Assembly (NCBI GenBank): GCA_016235455.1
Contig: JACRKZ010000047.1
Location: 1 to 57,594 of the forward strand
Origin: Armatimonadota bacterium
Lineage (GTDB): Bacteria > Armatimonadota > UBA10988
Length of the DNA stretch: 57,594 bases
Direction of reading: 5' to 3'
Shown piece after piece: positions 25,705-34,620 of the stretch; position 1 is the first letter of the stretch, and the number at the start of each line of letters is the position of its first letter. The notes beneath the pieces are model-generated. The model saw only the letters and a program-made list of their open reading frames with translations, had not been told where the DNA came from and searched no databases. A program made the position numbers and the translations under genes.

Positions 25705-27019
25705 GTCGCGCCTTCTGGGCGAGGTGGTGCGCCATCTCGCCCAGACGCGCCCAGGCCCGTGCGCCATGGCCCTCGTCGACCAGGTACAGCCACGCGAGCT
25801 TGGCCAGTACCGCCCAGCACACCACGCGAATACCCCACGGCACGACCTCGTAGTGCCAGCCGATGAAGTCGATGTTGGGCACGTAGATCAGCACCACGCA
25901 GGCCACGATGGCCATCGTCTGCTCGGCGCGGCGGTACCGCCAGAACAGCAGCACGGCCCACACGATGCACAGCACCTCAAACCAGTCGCGGCGTAGGGCC
26001 GCCCGGTCAAACAGAGTCAACAGGACGTCCAGCATGCCCTTGCCCGGCCACAGGTAGATCGGCACCATGACAGCGGCCCAAGCCACCGGCCAGAGGACGA
26101 ACCAACGCGGACGCCTGGCCTTCCACCAGTAGTAGACGCCCGTCGCAGTGATCGGCGCCACGCCCACTCCCCACTCGCCGCCCAGCCCATACCGCCAGAT
26201 CGGGCAGAGCAGCATCAAGCCCATCTTGCGCGGGATCTGCACCAGCTTGATGGATGGGTTGCGCGGATGCGGGACACAGGCGGCGCGCCAGAGCCAAAGC
26301 CCGACCACGGCCACACACAAGGCGCCGACCATAAGCCAGACCGTGCGCCTCAACACCGGGCTCTCGGGGAAGCGTCGCCACGCCGCGAAGGCGGCCAGCA
26401 GGCCAGGCAGGATGAAGCAGGTCTCCTTGGTGGCGCAGGCCAACAGGAAGGCCAGCCAGAAGCAGGCCAGCCGCACGCCACCACCACGCTCGAGCCATGT
26501 GTCGAACAGGGCCAGCGTCACGAGCACCGCCGCGGCCGTGACGATCTCCTGGTGGACCGGGAACCAGTACAACCAGAAGCGGGGGAAGCCGCTGGCGAGA
26601 CGGCACTGCAGGGGCAACAACAGCCCGGCCAGGGCCGCGGCCGGCACCCAGCGGGTGAGGCGCCACGCCAACCAGGCGGCCGCCCAGGCCTCAATGAGCA
26701 GGTAGAACAGGCCCACCCAGCCCCAGGTCCAGCGACCGACATGCTCGCCCAGATAGCAGTCAATCCAGTACACATACGACGAGACCGGCCGCCAACTGTC
26801 GATCCCCGATTGGATCCAGACGCCGCTCCACCAACGCAGTCCGTCGCGCCACAGGTCAGGCGCCGCGTGGTACCCACGGTAGATCTCGTCGACGTCATTG
26901 AGCTTCGACCCGGCCAGCCGCTGGTCGGCGTGCACGAACGCCCGATTGGCGCCCAGCGCCCAGCCGAAGCTCAGCGCGACCAGGACCAAACCTATCGCAA
27001 TGTTGCGCCATTTGCCCAT
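25691..27019 (-). CDS. Multi-pass membrane protein, possibly GT-C-like glycosyltransferase
   Basis: About 10 hydrophobic segments; acidic NDVDE after TM1, WRPVS and ACATKET recall GT-C/PMT-like proteins. 14-nt convergent overlap with the GH29 gene. Confidence 0.55.
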   Translation of the reverse strand: MGKWRNIAIGLVLVALSFGWALGANRAFVHADQRLAGSKLNDVDEIYRGYHAAPDLWRDGLRWWSGVWIQSGIDSWRPVSSYVYWIDCYLGEHVGRWTWGWVGLFYLLIEAWAAAWLAWRLTRWVPAAALAGLLLPLQCRLASGFPRFWLYWFPVHQEIVTAAAVLVTLALFDTWLERGGGVRLACFWLAFLLACATKETCFILPGLLAAFAAWRRFPESPVLRRTVWLMVGALCVAVVGLWLWRAACVPHPRNPSIKLVQIPRKMGLMLLCPIWRYGLGGEWGVGVAPITATGVYYWWKARRPRWFVLWPVAWAAVMVPIYLWPGKGMLDVLLTLFDRAALRRDWFEVLCIVWAVLLFWRYRRAEQTMAIVACVVLIYVPNIDFIGWHYEVVPWGIRVVCWAVLAKLAWLYLVDEGHGARAWARLGEMAHHLAQKARPTPA

Positions 27020-27024
27020 GCGCA

Positions 27025-27053
27025 AGCCTAGACGGTCGAACCTGGCCTGTCAA
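27025..27053 (-). promoter_or_regulatory. Sigma70-type promoter, probably leaderless transcript
   Basis: TTGACA (27053-27048), 17 nt, TAGGCT (27030-27025), then 5 nt to ATG 27019; no SD. Confidence 0.65.
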
Positions 27054-27142
27054 GCGAGCGCCGCGCGCGGGCCAATTGGGCTGGATCCGGGAAGGTCCGG
27101 GGCATGGGCCGGCCAAGCTGGCACCGAGGTGCACCGCAGTCC

Positions 27143-28237
27143 ATGGATACCATCAGCCACGCAAGCCACTCGCTTGCGGCGACTCTGCAGCCGTATGTTG
27201 ATCGCCACGAACTGGCCGGCGCCGTGGCGCTCGCCGCGACGGCCGACCGGGTGCTGAGCCTCGATGTCGTCGGCTATGCCGATGTCGCCGCGCGGCGGCC
27301 GATGGCCACCGACACCACGGTCTGGATTGCCTCCCAGACCAAGCCGCTGACCGCGGCGCTGGTGATGATGCTGGTGGATGAGGGCAAGCTGGGGCTGGAC
27401 GATCCGGTCGAGCAACACCTGCCCGAGTTCCGCGGTCTGCGCTATGTCGCCGAGCAGGACGACCAGCAGGCCGTGCTGCGCGCACCGGCCGCGCCGATCA
27501 CCCTGCGGCAGGTGTTGTGCCACACGGCCGGCATGCGGTTCAGTTCGCCCATCGAGCAGCCCACGCTCGACCGCTGGCCGCTGCCCGACGTGGTGCGCTC
27601 CTACGCCATGATGCCGCTCGACTTCGCGCCGGGCACGCGCTACCAGTACTCCAACGCCGGCATCAACACCGCGGCGCGCATCGTCGAAGTGGTCGCTGGC
27701 CAACGGTACGAGGCGCTCCTGCAGACGCGTCTGCTCGACCCGCTGGGCATGACCGACACCACCTTCTGGCCCAGCGCGGAGCAGGTCGGCCGGCTGGCCA
27801 AATCGTACGGCCCCAACGCCGCCAACAACGACCTGCACGAGCAGCTCATCCCACAGTTGCAGTACCCGCTGACCGACCGCGCCAAGCGCTACGCCATGCC
27901 GGCGGGCGGCTTGTTTTCCACGGCCGCCGACTGCCTGGCCTTCTGCCGCATGATGCTAGCGGGTGGTGAGTACGGCGGCCGGCGCTTGCTGTCGCGCGAG
28001 TCCGTGGCCGCCATGGTCAGCAAGCAGACCGAGCCCGAGGTCGCCGACGGCTATGGCCTGGGCCTGGCCTGCGGCGAGAGCTGGTACGGCCACGGCGGAG
28101 CCATGGGCACCGGCATGACGGTCGACACCCGAGCCGGCGTCATCACGGTCTACCTGGTTCAACACGGCGGATACCCCGGCCGTGGTGGCGAAGCGCACGA
28201 GGCCTTCCGTCAAGCGGCCTTGGCGCTGCCGCGCTGA
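27143..28237 (+). CDS. Serine hydrolase, beta-lactamase-fold esterase/amidase family
   Basis: IASQTK (SxxK), LCHTAG, YQYSN (YxN), YGHGG; no signal peptide. Confidence 0.88.
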   Translation: MDTISHASHSLAATLQPYVDRHELAGAVALAATADRVLSLDVVGYADVAARRPMATDTTVWIASQTKPLTAALVMMLVDEGKLGLDDPVEQHLPEFRGLRYVAEQDDQQAVLRAPAAPITLRQVLCHTAGMRFSSPIEQPTLDRWPLPDVVRSYAMMPLDFAPGTRYQYSNAGINTAARIVEVVAGQRYEALLQTRLLDPLGMTDTTFWPSAEQVGRLAKSYGPNAANNDLHEQLIPQLQYPLTDRAKRYAMPAGGLFSTAADCLAFCRMMLAGGEYGGRRLLSRESVAAMVSKQTEPEVADGYGLGLACGESWYGHGGAMGTGMTVDTRAGVITVYLVQHGGYPGRGGEAHEAFRQAALALPR

Positions 28238-28248
28238 GAGGAGCTGTC

Positions 28249-28983
28249 ATGCAGACCCACGTCCTACCCGACCCCGTGACCGCCGGCGCATGTGCCGCCG
28301 ACCTGGCCGCCGACCTGATTGGCGCCGCGCTGGCCAGGCGCGGCCGGGCCCGCATCATCGTCGCCACGGGCGCCTCGCAGTTCGAGATGCTGGCCTCACT
28401 CACGCCGCGCGATCTCGGCTGGCACGGCGTCACGGTATTCCACTTGGACGAGTACGTCGGCCTGCCTATGAGCCACCCGGCTTCGTTCCGCGGCTACTTG
28501 CGCGAGCGCTTCGAGTCGGCTCTGCCCGAGCCCTTGGCGGCCATGCACTACATCGACGGTGAAGGTGACGTGGCCGCCGAGTGCGCGCGACTGGCCGGGC
28601 TCATCGAAGCCGAGCCCATCGACGTCTGCCTGTGTGGCATCGGTGAGAATGGCCACCTGGCCTTCAACGATCCGCCCGCGGATTTCGACACGGACACGCC
28701 GTACCTGGTCGTGGACCTCGATGAAGCGTGCCGCCGGCAGCAGGTGGGTGAAGGCTGGTTCACCAGCCTGGACGACGTGCCGACGCGCGCCGTGTCCATG
28801 TCCATCCGCCGCATCATGGCCAGCGAGGCGATTGTCTGCACCGTGCCCGACGAGCGCAAGGCCCGCGCGGTACGGAACTGCCTGCGTGGCCCGGTCAGCA
28901 ATCTGGCGCCGGCGTCCATTCTGCAGACCCACCCGCTATGCCATCTGGTACTCGATCAGGCCGCGGCCTCGCTGCTGGACTAG
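28249..28983 (+). CDS. nagB: Glucosamine-6-phosphate deaminase family protein
   Basis: ATGASQ, FHLDEYVGL, GIGENGHLAFNDPP, PASILQTHP. Confidence 0.88.
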   Translation: MQTHVLPDPVTAGACAADLAADLIGAALARRGRARIIVATGASQFEMLASLTPRDLGWHGVTVFHLDEYVGLPMSHPASFRGYLRERFESALPEPLAAMHYIDGEGDVAAECARLAGLIEAEPIDVCLCGIGENGHLAFNDPPADFDTDTPYLVVDLDEACRRQQVGEGWFTSLDDVPTRAVSMSIRRIMASEAIVCTVPDERKARAVRNCLRGPVSNLAPASILQTHPLCHLVLDQAAASLLD

Positions 28984-28992
28984 GGAGCGACC

Positions 28993-29883
28993 ATGGGCTT
29001 CGACCTGCAGGTCAACGGCTACCTGGGCGTCGGGTTCTCCGACCCTGATCTGACGGCAGAGGCGTGCCGCGCGACCTTCCGCCACTACCTGACAGTGGCC
29101 GACGGCTTCCTGCCCACGGTGATCACCTCGCCCGAAAGCACGTATGCCCGCAACCTGCCGCTGTTGGCGGGGGTCATGGCCGAACCCGAGTTCACCGGCC
29201 GCGTGCCGGGCCTGCATCTGGAGGGACCGTTCATCTCGCCCGAGCCCGGCGCGGTCGGCGCGCATTGCCCGCGCTCGGTGCGCGACCCAGACCTGGGCCT
29301 GTGGCGGCGCCTGCTCGACTGGTCCGATGGCCGCGTCAGGCTGCTGACCATCGCCGCCGAGCGGCCGGGCGCCGAGTCGCTGTGCCGCGCGGTCACGGCC
29401 CGCGGCGTCGTGGTCGCGCTGGGCCATCAACTCGCGCGGTATGACGACTTGGTCCGGCTGCGCGACGCTGGCGCGCGCCTGCTGACGCATCTGGGCAACG
29501 GCATGCCCAACATCGTGCCGCGCCACGACAATAGCCTGCTGGCCGGTCTGGCCGTCGATGGACTGGACCCGATGCTGATCACCGACGGCCATCACCTGCC
29601 GGCCCACGTCATCAAGGTCATCGTCGACCATGTGGGTGCCGGCCGCGCCATCGTCACCAGCGATGCCTCCCGGCTGGCGGGCCTGGCGGCGGGCGAGTAC
29701 CGTGACGGCGAGAACCGCGTCGTCATCGAACCCGACGGCAAGCTCTGGAACCCCGACATCGGCTGCCTGGTCGGGTCGAGCGCCCACCTCGGCCAGTGCG
29801 CCGACGTGCTGCGCGCGCTGGGTCTCAGCGAGCATGCCATCCAGGCGATGACCGACACCAACCCGCGGCGCGCGCTGGCCTGA
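28993..29883 (+). CDS. nagA: N-acetylglucosamine-6-phosphate deacetylase family protein, short form
   Basis: DLQVNG, PTVIT, GLHLEGPFIS, GAH, LGH, THLGNGM, DGHH, TSDA. Begins directly at the barrel after GGGAG. Confidence 0.82.
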   Translation: MGFDLQVNGYLGVGFSDPDLTAEACRATFRHYLTVADGFLPTVITSPESTYARNLPLLAGVMAEPEFTGRVPGLHLEGPFISPEPGAVGAHCPRSVRDPDLGLWRRLLDWSDGRVRLLTIAAERPGAESLCRAVTARGVVVALGHQLARYDDLVRLRDAGARLLTHLGNGMPNIVPRHDNSLLAGLAVDGLDPMLITDGHHLPAHVIKVIVDHVGAGRAIVTSDASRLAGLAAGEYRDGENRVVIEPDGKLWNPDIGCLVGSSAHLGQCADVLRALGLSEHAIQAMTDTNPRRALA

Positions 29884-29896
29884 CCGGCCCAAACCA

Positions 29897-29928
29897 CGCG
29901 GCCGGCGACCCCAAGGTCGCCGGCCGCG
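29897..29928. terminator. GC-rich hairpin between convergent genes
   Basis: CGCGGCCGGCGACC-CCAA-GGTCGCCGGCCGCG, perfect 14-bp stem; weak U-tract. Confidence 0.65.
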
Positions 29929-29952
29929 CTCGGTTGGGCATCGAGGCCCCCA

Positions 29953-30927
29953 CTACTTCTTGTCGGCCACCGTCTTGTCGAACAGGTGTCGACCTTCAGG
30001 CATGTGGCACGTGGCGCAGGTGGCGTCGGCGGGCGGCGTCACATTCTTGCTCTTCGCGTGCGTCGGGATATCGACGATCTTGGCCTTGTGGCAGTCGAGA
30101 CAGGTCTCGGTGATCGGCTTGCGCAACTGCGCGATGTTGCCGGTCTCGCCATGCGGATCGTGGCAGGTGGCGCAGACCACGCCCTTCTCGTAGTGCTTCG
30201 TCTTGACCAGGTCGGTGAACTGCTGGTTGAGACCAGGGCCCTTAACCTCGTCGTGCTTGAAGAACTTGTTGAAGTCGCCACCGGGCAGGAAGCCCTGCGG
30301 GAAGGCGGTGGCGCCATCGACCGAGCGGCCGCGGCTGTGGCACTGGCCGCAGATGGCGGCCGAGGCCTTGGGATCCATCTCGCCGGGTCGCGCCACGGTA
30401 TCGAGCTTCTTGTCAGCGGGCGCGGAGATATGCGCGCTACCGGGCCCGTGGCACATTTCGCAGCCCACGCCGGCGGTCTTGTACTTCTTGTCGGCGGCCA
30501 CGAAGCCGGTCGAGTGGCAGTACAGGCATTCCTTGGTGGCGTCGACCGCGGGCGTCTCCACCCACTTCTTGTCGGCAACCAGCCACTTGGCGGGCAGGAC
30601 CTTCATGTCCTTGTCCAGGTAGGCCTGCTGATGCACGCCACTGGCCAGGATGAAGGCCACGTCGTCCTGCTTGAACGGCGCGGTCTTGAAGTCGCCCTTG
30701 AGGTACTGGGTGACCTTCTCTTCGTTGTCGTCGTTGACTTCGATGAGGGCATTGGCCATCGGGCTCTTGATGTAGCTGTTGACAATGTCCTTGTGCTTGG
30801 CGCGGTGGCAGGCCACGCACATGCGCGTGCCGCTGTACTTGGCGCCATCCGGCACGGCCGCATGGAGCGCCGCCACCGCGATGGTCACCGCAGCCACCGC
30901 CCAGCCCAGGGTCAGTGCTCGTTTCAT
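29953..30927 (-). CDS. Exported multiheme c-type cytochrome (7 CxxCH)
   Basis: Signal peptide, then CVACH, CLYCH, CEMCH, CGQCH, CATCH, CLDCH, CATCH; c554-like GVGCEMCHGPGS.H. Confidence 0.92.
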   Translation of the reverse strand: MKRALTLGWAVAAVTIAVAALHAAVPDGAKYSGTRMCVACHRAKHKDIVNSYIKSPMANALIEVNDDNEEKVTQYLKGDFKTAPFKQDDVAFILASGVHQQAYLDKDMKVLPAKWLVADKKWVETPAVDATKECLYCHSTGFVAADKKYKTAGVGCEMCHGPGSAHISAPADKKLDTVARPGEMDPKASAAICGQCHSRGRSVDGATAFPQGFLPGGDFNKFFKHDEVKGPGLNQQFTDLVKTKHYEKGVVCATCHDPHGETGNIAQLRKPITETCLDCHKAKIVDIPTHAKSKNVTPPADATCATCHMPEGRHLFDKTVADKK

Positions 30928-30945
30928 GCTTTCCTCCAGTATCAG

Positions 30946-33114
30946 TTAGCTAAGCTGCTGCACAGATTCGTCGCCCTTGGCCCGCGGCCTTCTCAGCGCC
31001 ACGAGCCCACCGCTCAGCAGGACCAGCGTGCCCAGCCAGACCAGTTGAATGCCCGGCTTGCGCGTCACCTGCACGAGCAGTTGTGGACCTGTTTGTCCAA
31101 CGTCTTTGCCAGTGCCTTGGCGCACCTTGATCATGACCGCATGGTTGTCGACATCCAGGTCGACCAGCTCGATGGTCCGGTTGCCCAAGGTCACCGCTTC
31201 CGAGACCTTGTGCATGTCACGGTCGATGCGCAGCATGGGGGTCACGGTGCTGGTGGTCTTGCCATCCTCCACCTTGAGTTGCGCTCCGACCCGGGCATCG
31301 CCCGCATCGGCATGCATCCCGTCGACCTTGAACTGCTCGAACGTGACCGACACACCATCGGCCTGCGCCGTGTCGCCCTTGGCCAGCTTCACCAAGCCCG
31401 GCTCATTCATGCCTTCGGGCGCCACGTACACATCACCCCAGACGCGGTGATACACCACGGGGTTCCTCATCTGACCTTGCTCGGTGGTGAAGAACTCCGA
31501 CAGGCGCTTGGCCCCGTCCAGCGTGAGAGGCAGGCGCAGGCGACCGCGCTTGGTCTCCTCGGGTTGGCCCAAGCCTACCTTGCCCCACGGTGTGGGCTGC
31601 GAGCCGCCGACCGGGACTTCGAGCTTCTGCGAGCGCTCGCCGTTGACGCTGAGCATCGCGCCCAGCACCACCAGAGCCATGCCCGTGTGGGCCAGACCGG
31701 TACCGACCTGACGCAACTGGCCCGCGCGTTGACCGCGGAAGGCATAGACGAGGCCCAGCGCCGCCATGGCGCCGGTGACCAGCGCATTGAGCGCCAATCC
31801 GACCTGCGCGCTGCGGACGGTCTCCGGCTTCATGATACCCAGCAACAGTCCGACTGCGACGATGCCGACCACGCTCAAGGCCACCCAGGTGCCTGCGCCG
31901 CGCGGCCGCAGGTGGGCGATGAGCGCCACGGCCGAAGCGGCGAACAGCAGTGTCTGCGTCTTGTTGTAGTAGGCCATCTGCACGGCGAAGGGCTCGCCGA
32001 CCAGCTTGCTGAGCAGCGGCATGGACATGCCCACCCAGACCAGCGCGGCCATGGCGATGACCAGCCACAGGCCCGAGTGGAGCCAGAAGACGGTGTCCGG
32101 CATGGGCTGCGCCGGCACCTGCTTGCGCCGGGCGGCGAAGATCGCCAGACCGGCGACCAGCGGCACGAACAGCAGCGCCAGCCAGGCGTTGTTGTAGGCC
32201 GCGCCCAGATCCGCGAAGCTGTGCACCGAGAAGTCGGCCAGCACGCCACTGCGGGTCAGGTAGGCGCCGAAGATGATCACCACCGTGCCCAGCAGCGCGA
32301 TGATGTAGTTGAGCCGCGCGCAGGCGCCGCCGCGCCGCTGGACCGCGAAACCGTGAAGCAGCGCCGTGGCCACCAGCCAAGGCACCAGCGAGGCGTTCTC
32401 CACCGGGTCCCAGGCCCAGAAGCCGCCCCAGCCCAGCGTGATGTAGGCCCAGTAGCCGCCCAGCATCATGCCGGCGCCCAGGAAGACCCAACCCCACAGC
32501 GCGTAGCGCCGGCCCAGGTCGACCCAGGTGCTGCCGTCGCCGCGCCACCAGCCGGCCATGGCCAGCGCGGTCGGCGCGAACAGCAGCGAGTAGCCGACGA
32601 ACAGCACGGGCGGATGGATGATCATCCACGGGTTCTCGAGCAGCGGGTTGAGTCCGCGCCCGTCGGCTGGCAGCTCGCCGGCGACCGGCGCGAACGGGCT
32701 GCGCACGACCAGCAGCGCCATCAGGCCGACGACCATGGCCATGGCCAGTGTGGCGGCGCGGGCGCTGAGCGCGTCCTCCTGCCCGGCGGCGTCGCGCGTC
32801 CGCCACAGGCTATGCACCACCCACAGGGTGATGAACGCCCAAAGCAGGTTGGTGCCCTCCTGGCCGGCCCACAGGGCGGCCATCTTGTAGGGCCAGGCGA
32901 GGTCGCGCGAGGTATGGCCGACGACGTAGTCGATGCGAAAGTCGCTGCGCAGGAGAGCGCCCAGCAACAGCATGGTGGCCGCCACGACAGTGCCGGTGGC
33001 GAGGCCCCAGAGCGTCTCCGCGACGCGCTTGCGCAGCGCCATCGTCACGAGAGTCAGTATGCTCAGTATCAGCGCGAGGTAGACCAGACCCTGGCCCAGT
33101 ACGCTTGCCTGCAT
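30946..33114 (-). CDS. ccmF: Cytochrome c heme lyase, CcmF/NrfE family
   Basis: WAGQEG, GLNPLLENPWMIIHPP, WGGFWAWDPVENASLVPWL, LTRSGVL...SVHSF. ATG 33114 follows GGAG. Confidence 0.92.
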   Translation of the reverse strand: MQASVLGQGLVYLALILSILTLVTMALRKRVAETLWGLATGTVVAATMLLLGALLRSDFRIDYVVGHTSRDLAWPYKMAALWAGQEGTNLLWAFITLWVVHSLWRTRDAAGQEDALSARAATLAMAMVVGLMALLVVRSPFAPVAGELPADGRGLNPLLENPWMIIHPPVLFVGYSLLFAPTALAMAGWWRGDGSTWVDLGRRYALWGWVFLGAGMMLGGYWAYITLGWGGFWAWDPVENASLVPWLVATALLHGFAVQRRGGACARLNYIIALLGTVVIIFGAYLTRSGVLADFSVHSFADLGAAYNNAWLALLFVPLVAGLAIFAARRKQVPAQPMPDTVFWLHSGLWLVIAMAALVWVGMSMPLLSKLVGEPFAVQMAYYNKTQTLLFAASAVALIAHLRPRGAGTWVALSVVGIVAVGLLLGIMKPETVRSAQVGLALNALVTGAMAALGLVYAFRGQRAGQLRQVGTGLAHTGMALVVLGAMLSVNGERSQKLEVPVGGSQPTPWGKVGLGQPEETKRGRLRLPLTLDGAKRLSEFFTTEQGQMRNPVVYHRVWGDVYVAPEGMNEPGLVKLAKGDTAQADGVSVTFEQFKVDGMHADAGDARVGAQLKVEDGKTTSTVTPMLRIDRDMHKVSEAVTLGNRTIELVDLDVDNHAVMIKVRQGTGKDVGQTGPQLLVQVTRKPGIQLVWLGTLVLLSGGLVALRRPRAKGDESVQQLS

Positions 33115-33172
33115 CAATCGATATCTCCGCGTTATGGCCTTATGACGCCGACAGGACCCAAACGGCAACGGC

Positions 33173-33610
33173 TCACGACGACACGGACGACCCCAGCCAG
33201 GCGCGCACGGCGGCCGGCAGTCTGACGACTTTGGCACTTTCTGGCTGCGCCGGATCGAGGCTCAGCGCACAGATGGTGGTGGTACCGGTGACCGATGGTT
33301 CGGCCCGGCCCGGCCGCATGACCCGGTAAGCCAGGGTGAAACGTGCCGGCCCGACCTTGACCGGTTCCACCTCAATTCGCAACTCGTCGCCATAACGCGC
33401 CGGGTCGTGATAGTGGAGGGTCACTTCGGTAACAGTGAAGACGATGCCGTGCTCGGCCTGGACGTCGACCGGCGCCATGCCGGCATCGGCCATCAGTTGG
33501 GTGCGAGCGGCCTCGAAGAAGCGCAGGTAGTTGGCGTGATAGACCACGCCGGCCATATCGGTGTCGGCATAGAGCACGCGCACGATGACACTACCGGCGC
33601 TGGCAGCCAC
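33173..33610 (-). CDS. Acyl-CoA thioesterase, YbgC/4HBT family
   Basis: RVLYADTDMAGVVYHANYLRFFEAART. Confidence 0.9.
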   Translation of the reverse strand: MAASAGSVIVRVLYADTDMAGVVYHANYLRFFEAARTQLMADAGMAPVDVQAEHGIVFTVTEVTLHYHDPARYGDELRIEVEPVKVGPARFTLAYRVMRPGRAEPSVTGTTTICALSLDPAQPESAKVVRLPAAVRAWLGSSVSS

Positions 33611-33616
33611 GGCGTG

Positions 33617-34393
33617 TCAGTCGTTCCACACCTGCCGGAAGGCCGCCAAGGCCTCGCGACAGACGTTGGCGGGGTCGCCCGAGCCGGCGGGCATGTCCAA
33701 CACGATGGCGCCCTGGTAGTCGATGCCTTCGAGCACTTCGCGCACTTCGCCGAAATCGATCTCGCCCTGGCCGGGGACCAGGTGCTCGTGGACGCCGCCG
33801 CTGACATCGGCGATGTGCACATGGCCGAGGCGCTGGCCGAGTTGGTAGACGGCCCAGTTCAGGTCGTCACCCGTGACTTTGGCGTGGGCAATGTCGAGGT
33901 TGGCGACGAGGTTGGGGCGGTCGCAGGCGCGCAGCACCTTGATCAGGTCGTCGGTGTTGCGGATGACCAGGCCCGGCTGCGGCTCGACGGCCAGTTGGCA
34001 GCCCTTGCCCGCGAGCAGATCCGCCAACTCGCAGTACAGCTGGACGGCTTCGTCCCACTGGGCGTGCAGGCGGGCCGGCTCTTCGCGGCGGGAGGCCACC
34101 ACGTAGACGCTCGCGCCGAACGCCGGCAGCAGTTCGATGGCGGCATAGGTGCGCCGACGGCGCTCTTCGAGCTGATCGGCCACACCGTGGTAACTGATCG
34201 CGCAGAGGGAGAGACCCAGCTCATCCAGCAGCGCCTTCAACTCGCCCACGCGCTCAACGGTGAGCTTGAGGGGATTCAGGTCGGGGGTTTCGAGGCACAG
34301 CTCAACGCTGTCGTAGCCAGCCTCGGCGATGGCACGGAGAATGTCCTCGATCGGGCGGTCGCCAAACCCGACAGTACGGTATCCGATCTTCAA
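33617..34393 (-). CDS. Sugar phosphate isomerase/epimerase, xylose isomerase-like TIM barrel
   Basis: GYDSVEL, LAVEPQPG, NLDIAH, HVHIAD, HLVPGQGEIDF. TTG 34393 is inferred. Confidence 0.82.
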   Translation of the reverse strand: MKIGYRTVGFGDRPIEDILRAIAEAGYDSVELCLETPDLNPLKLTVERVGELKALLDELGLSLCAISYHGVADQLEERRRRTYAAIELLPAFGASVYVVASRREEPARLHAQWDEAVQLYCELADLLAGKGCQLAVEPQPGLVIRNTDDLIKVLRACDRPNLVANLDIAHAKVTGDDLNWAVYQLGQRLGHVHIADVSGGVHEHLVPGQGEIDFGEVREVLEGIDYQGAIVLDMPAGSGDPANVCREALAAFRQVWND

Positions 34394-34468
34394 GGCGGGA
34401 ACCTCTTGGCCGACAGTCGATGTCGCACGATCCCCGGACCTTCTGAGCCCAGGCATCGCATCGGGAGC

Positions 34469-34592
34469 ACTATAGCACGGACCGTTGCTCTGTCAACCAA
34501 ACGCGACGGCCTGGTTACGGTTCTGTGGCGCGGGCTTCACACGGCTGGCGGGGCGCGCCGACCTTGACGCGATGCGGTGCCCGCCGTATCTT
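34469..34592. promoter_or_regulatory. Divergent sigma70-type promoters
   Basis: Minus: TTGACA (34496-34491), 16 nt, TGc-TATAGT (34474-34469). Plus: TTGACG (34564-34569), 17 nt, TATCTT (34587-34592). Confidence 0.65.
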
Positions 34593-34620
34593 TCCTTTCG
34601 GCTGGGCGGAGGCGACGATC

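Noticed and set aside
27143-28237. Antibiotic-resistance beta-lactamase
   Set aside because: No signal peptide and HGG in place of KTG; fits the broad esterase/amidase branch.
28993-29883. nagA as a pseudogene
   Set aside because: It has an SD, an intact frame and the catalytic motifs; shortness alone is not enough.
29986-33225. 1079-aa plus-strand ORF and other long antisense ORFs (968-3022, 5085-6932, 6757-8718, 14533-16134, 39874-41817, 47117-48883)
   Set aside because: They lie opposite well-supported genes and have no recognisable motifs; such stop-poor shadow frames are expected in high-GC DNA.
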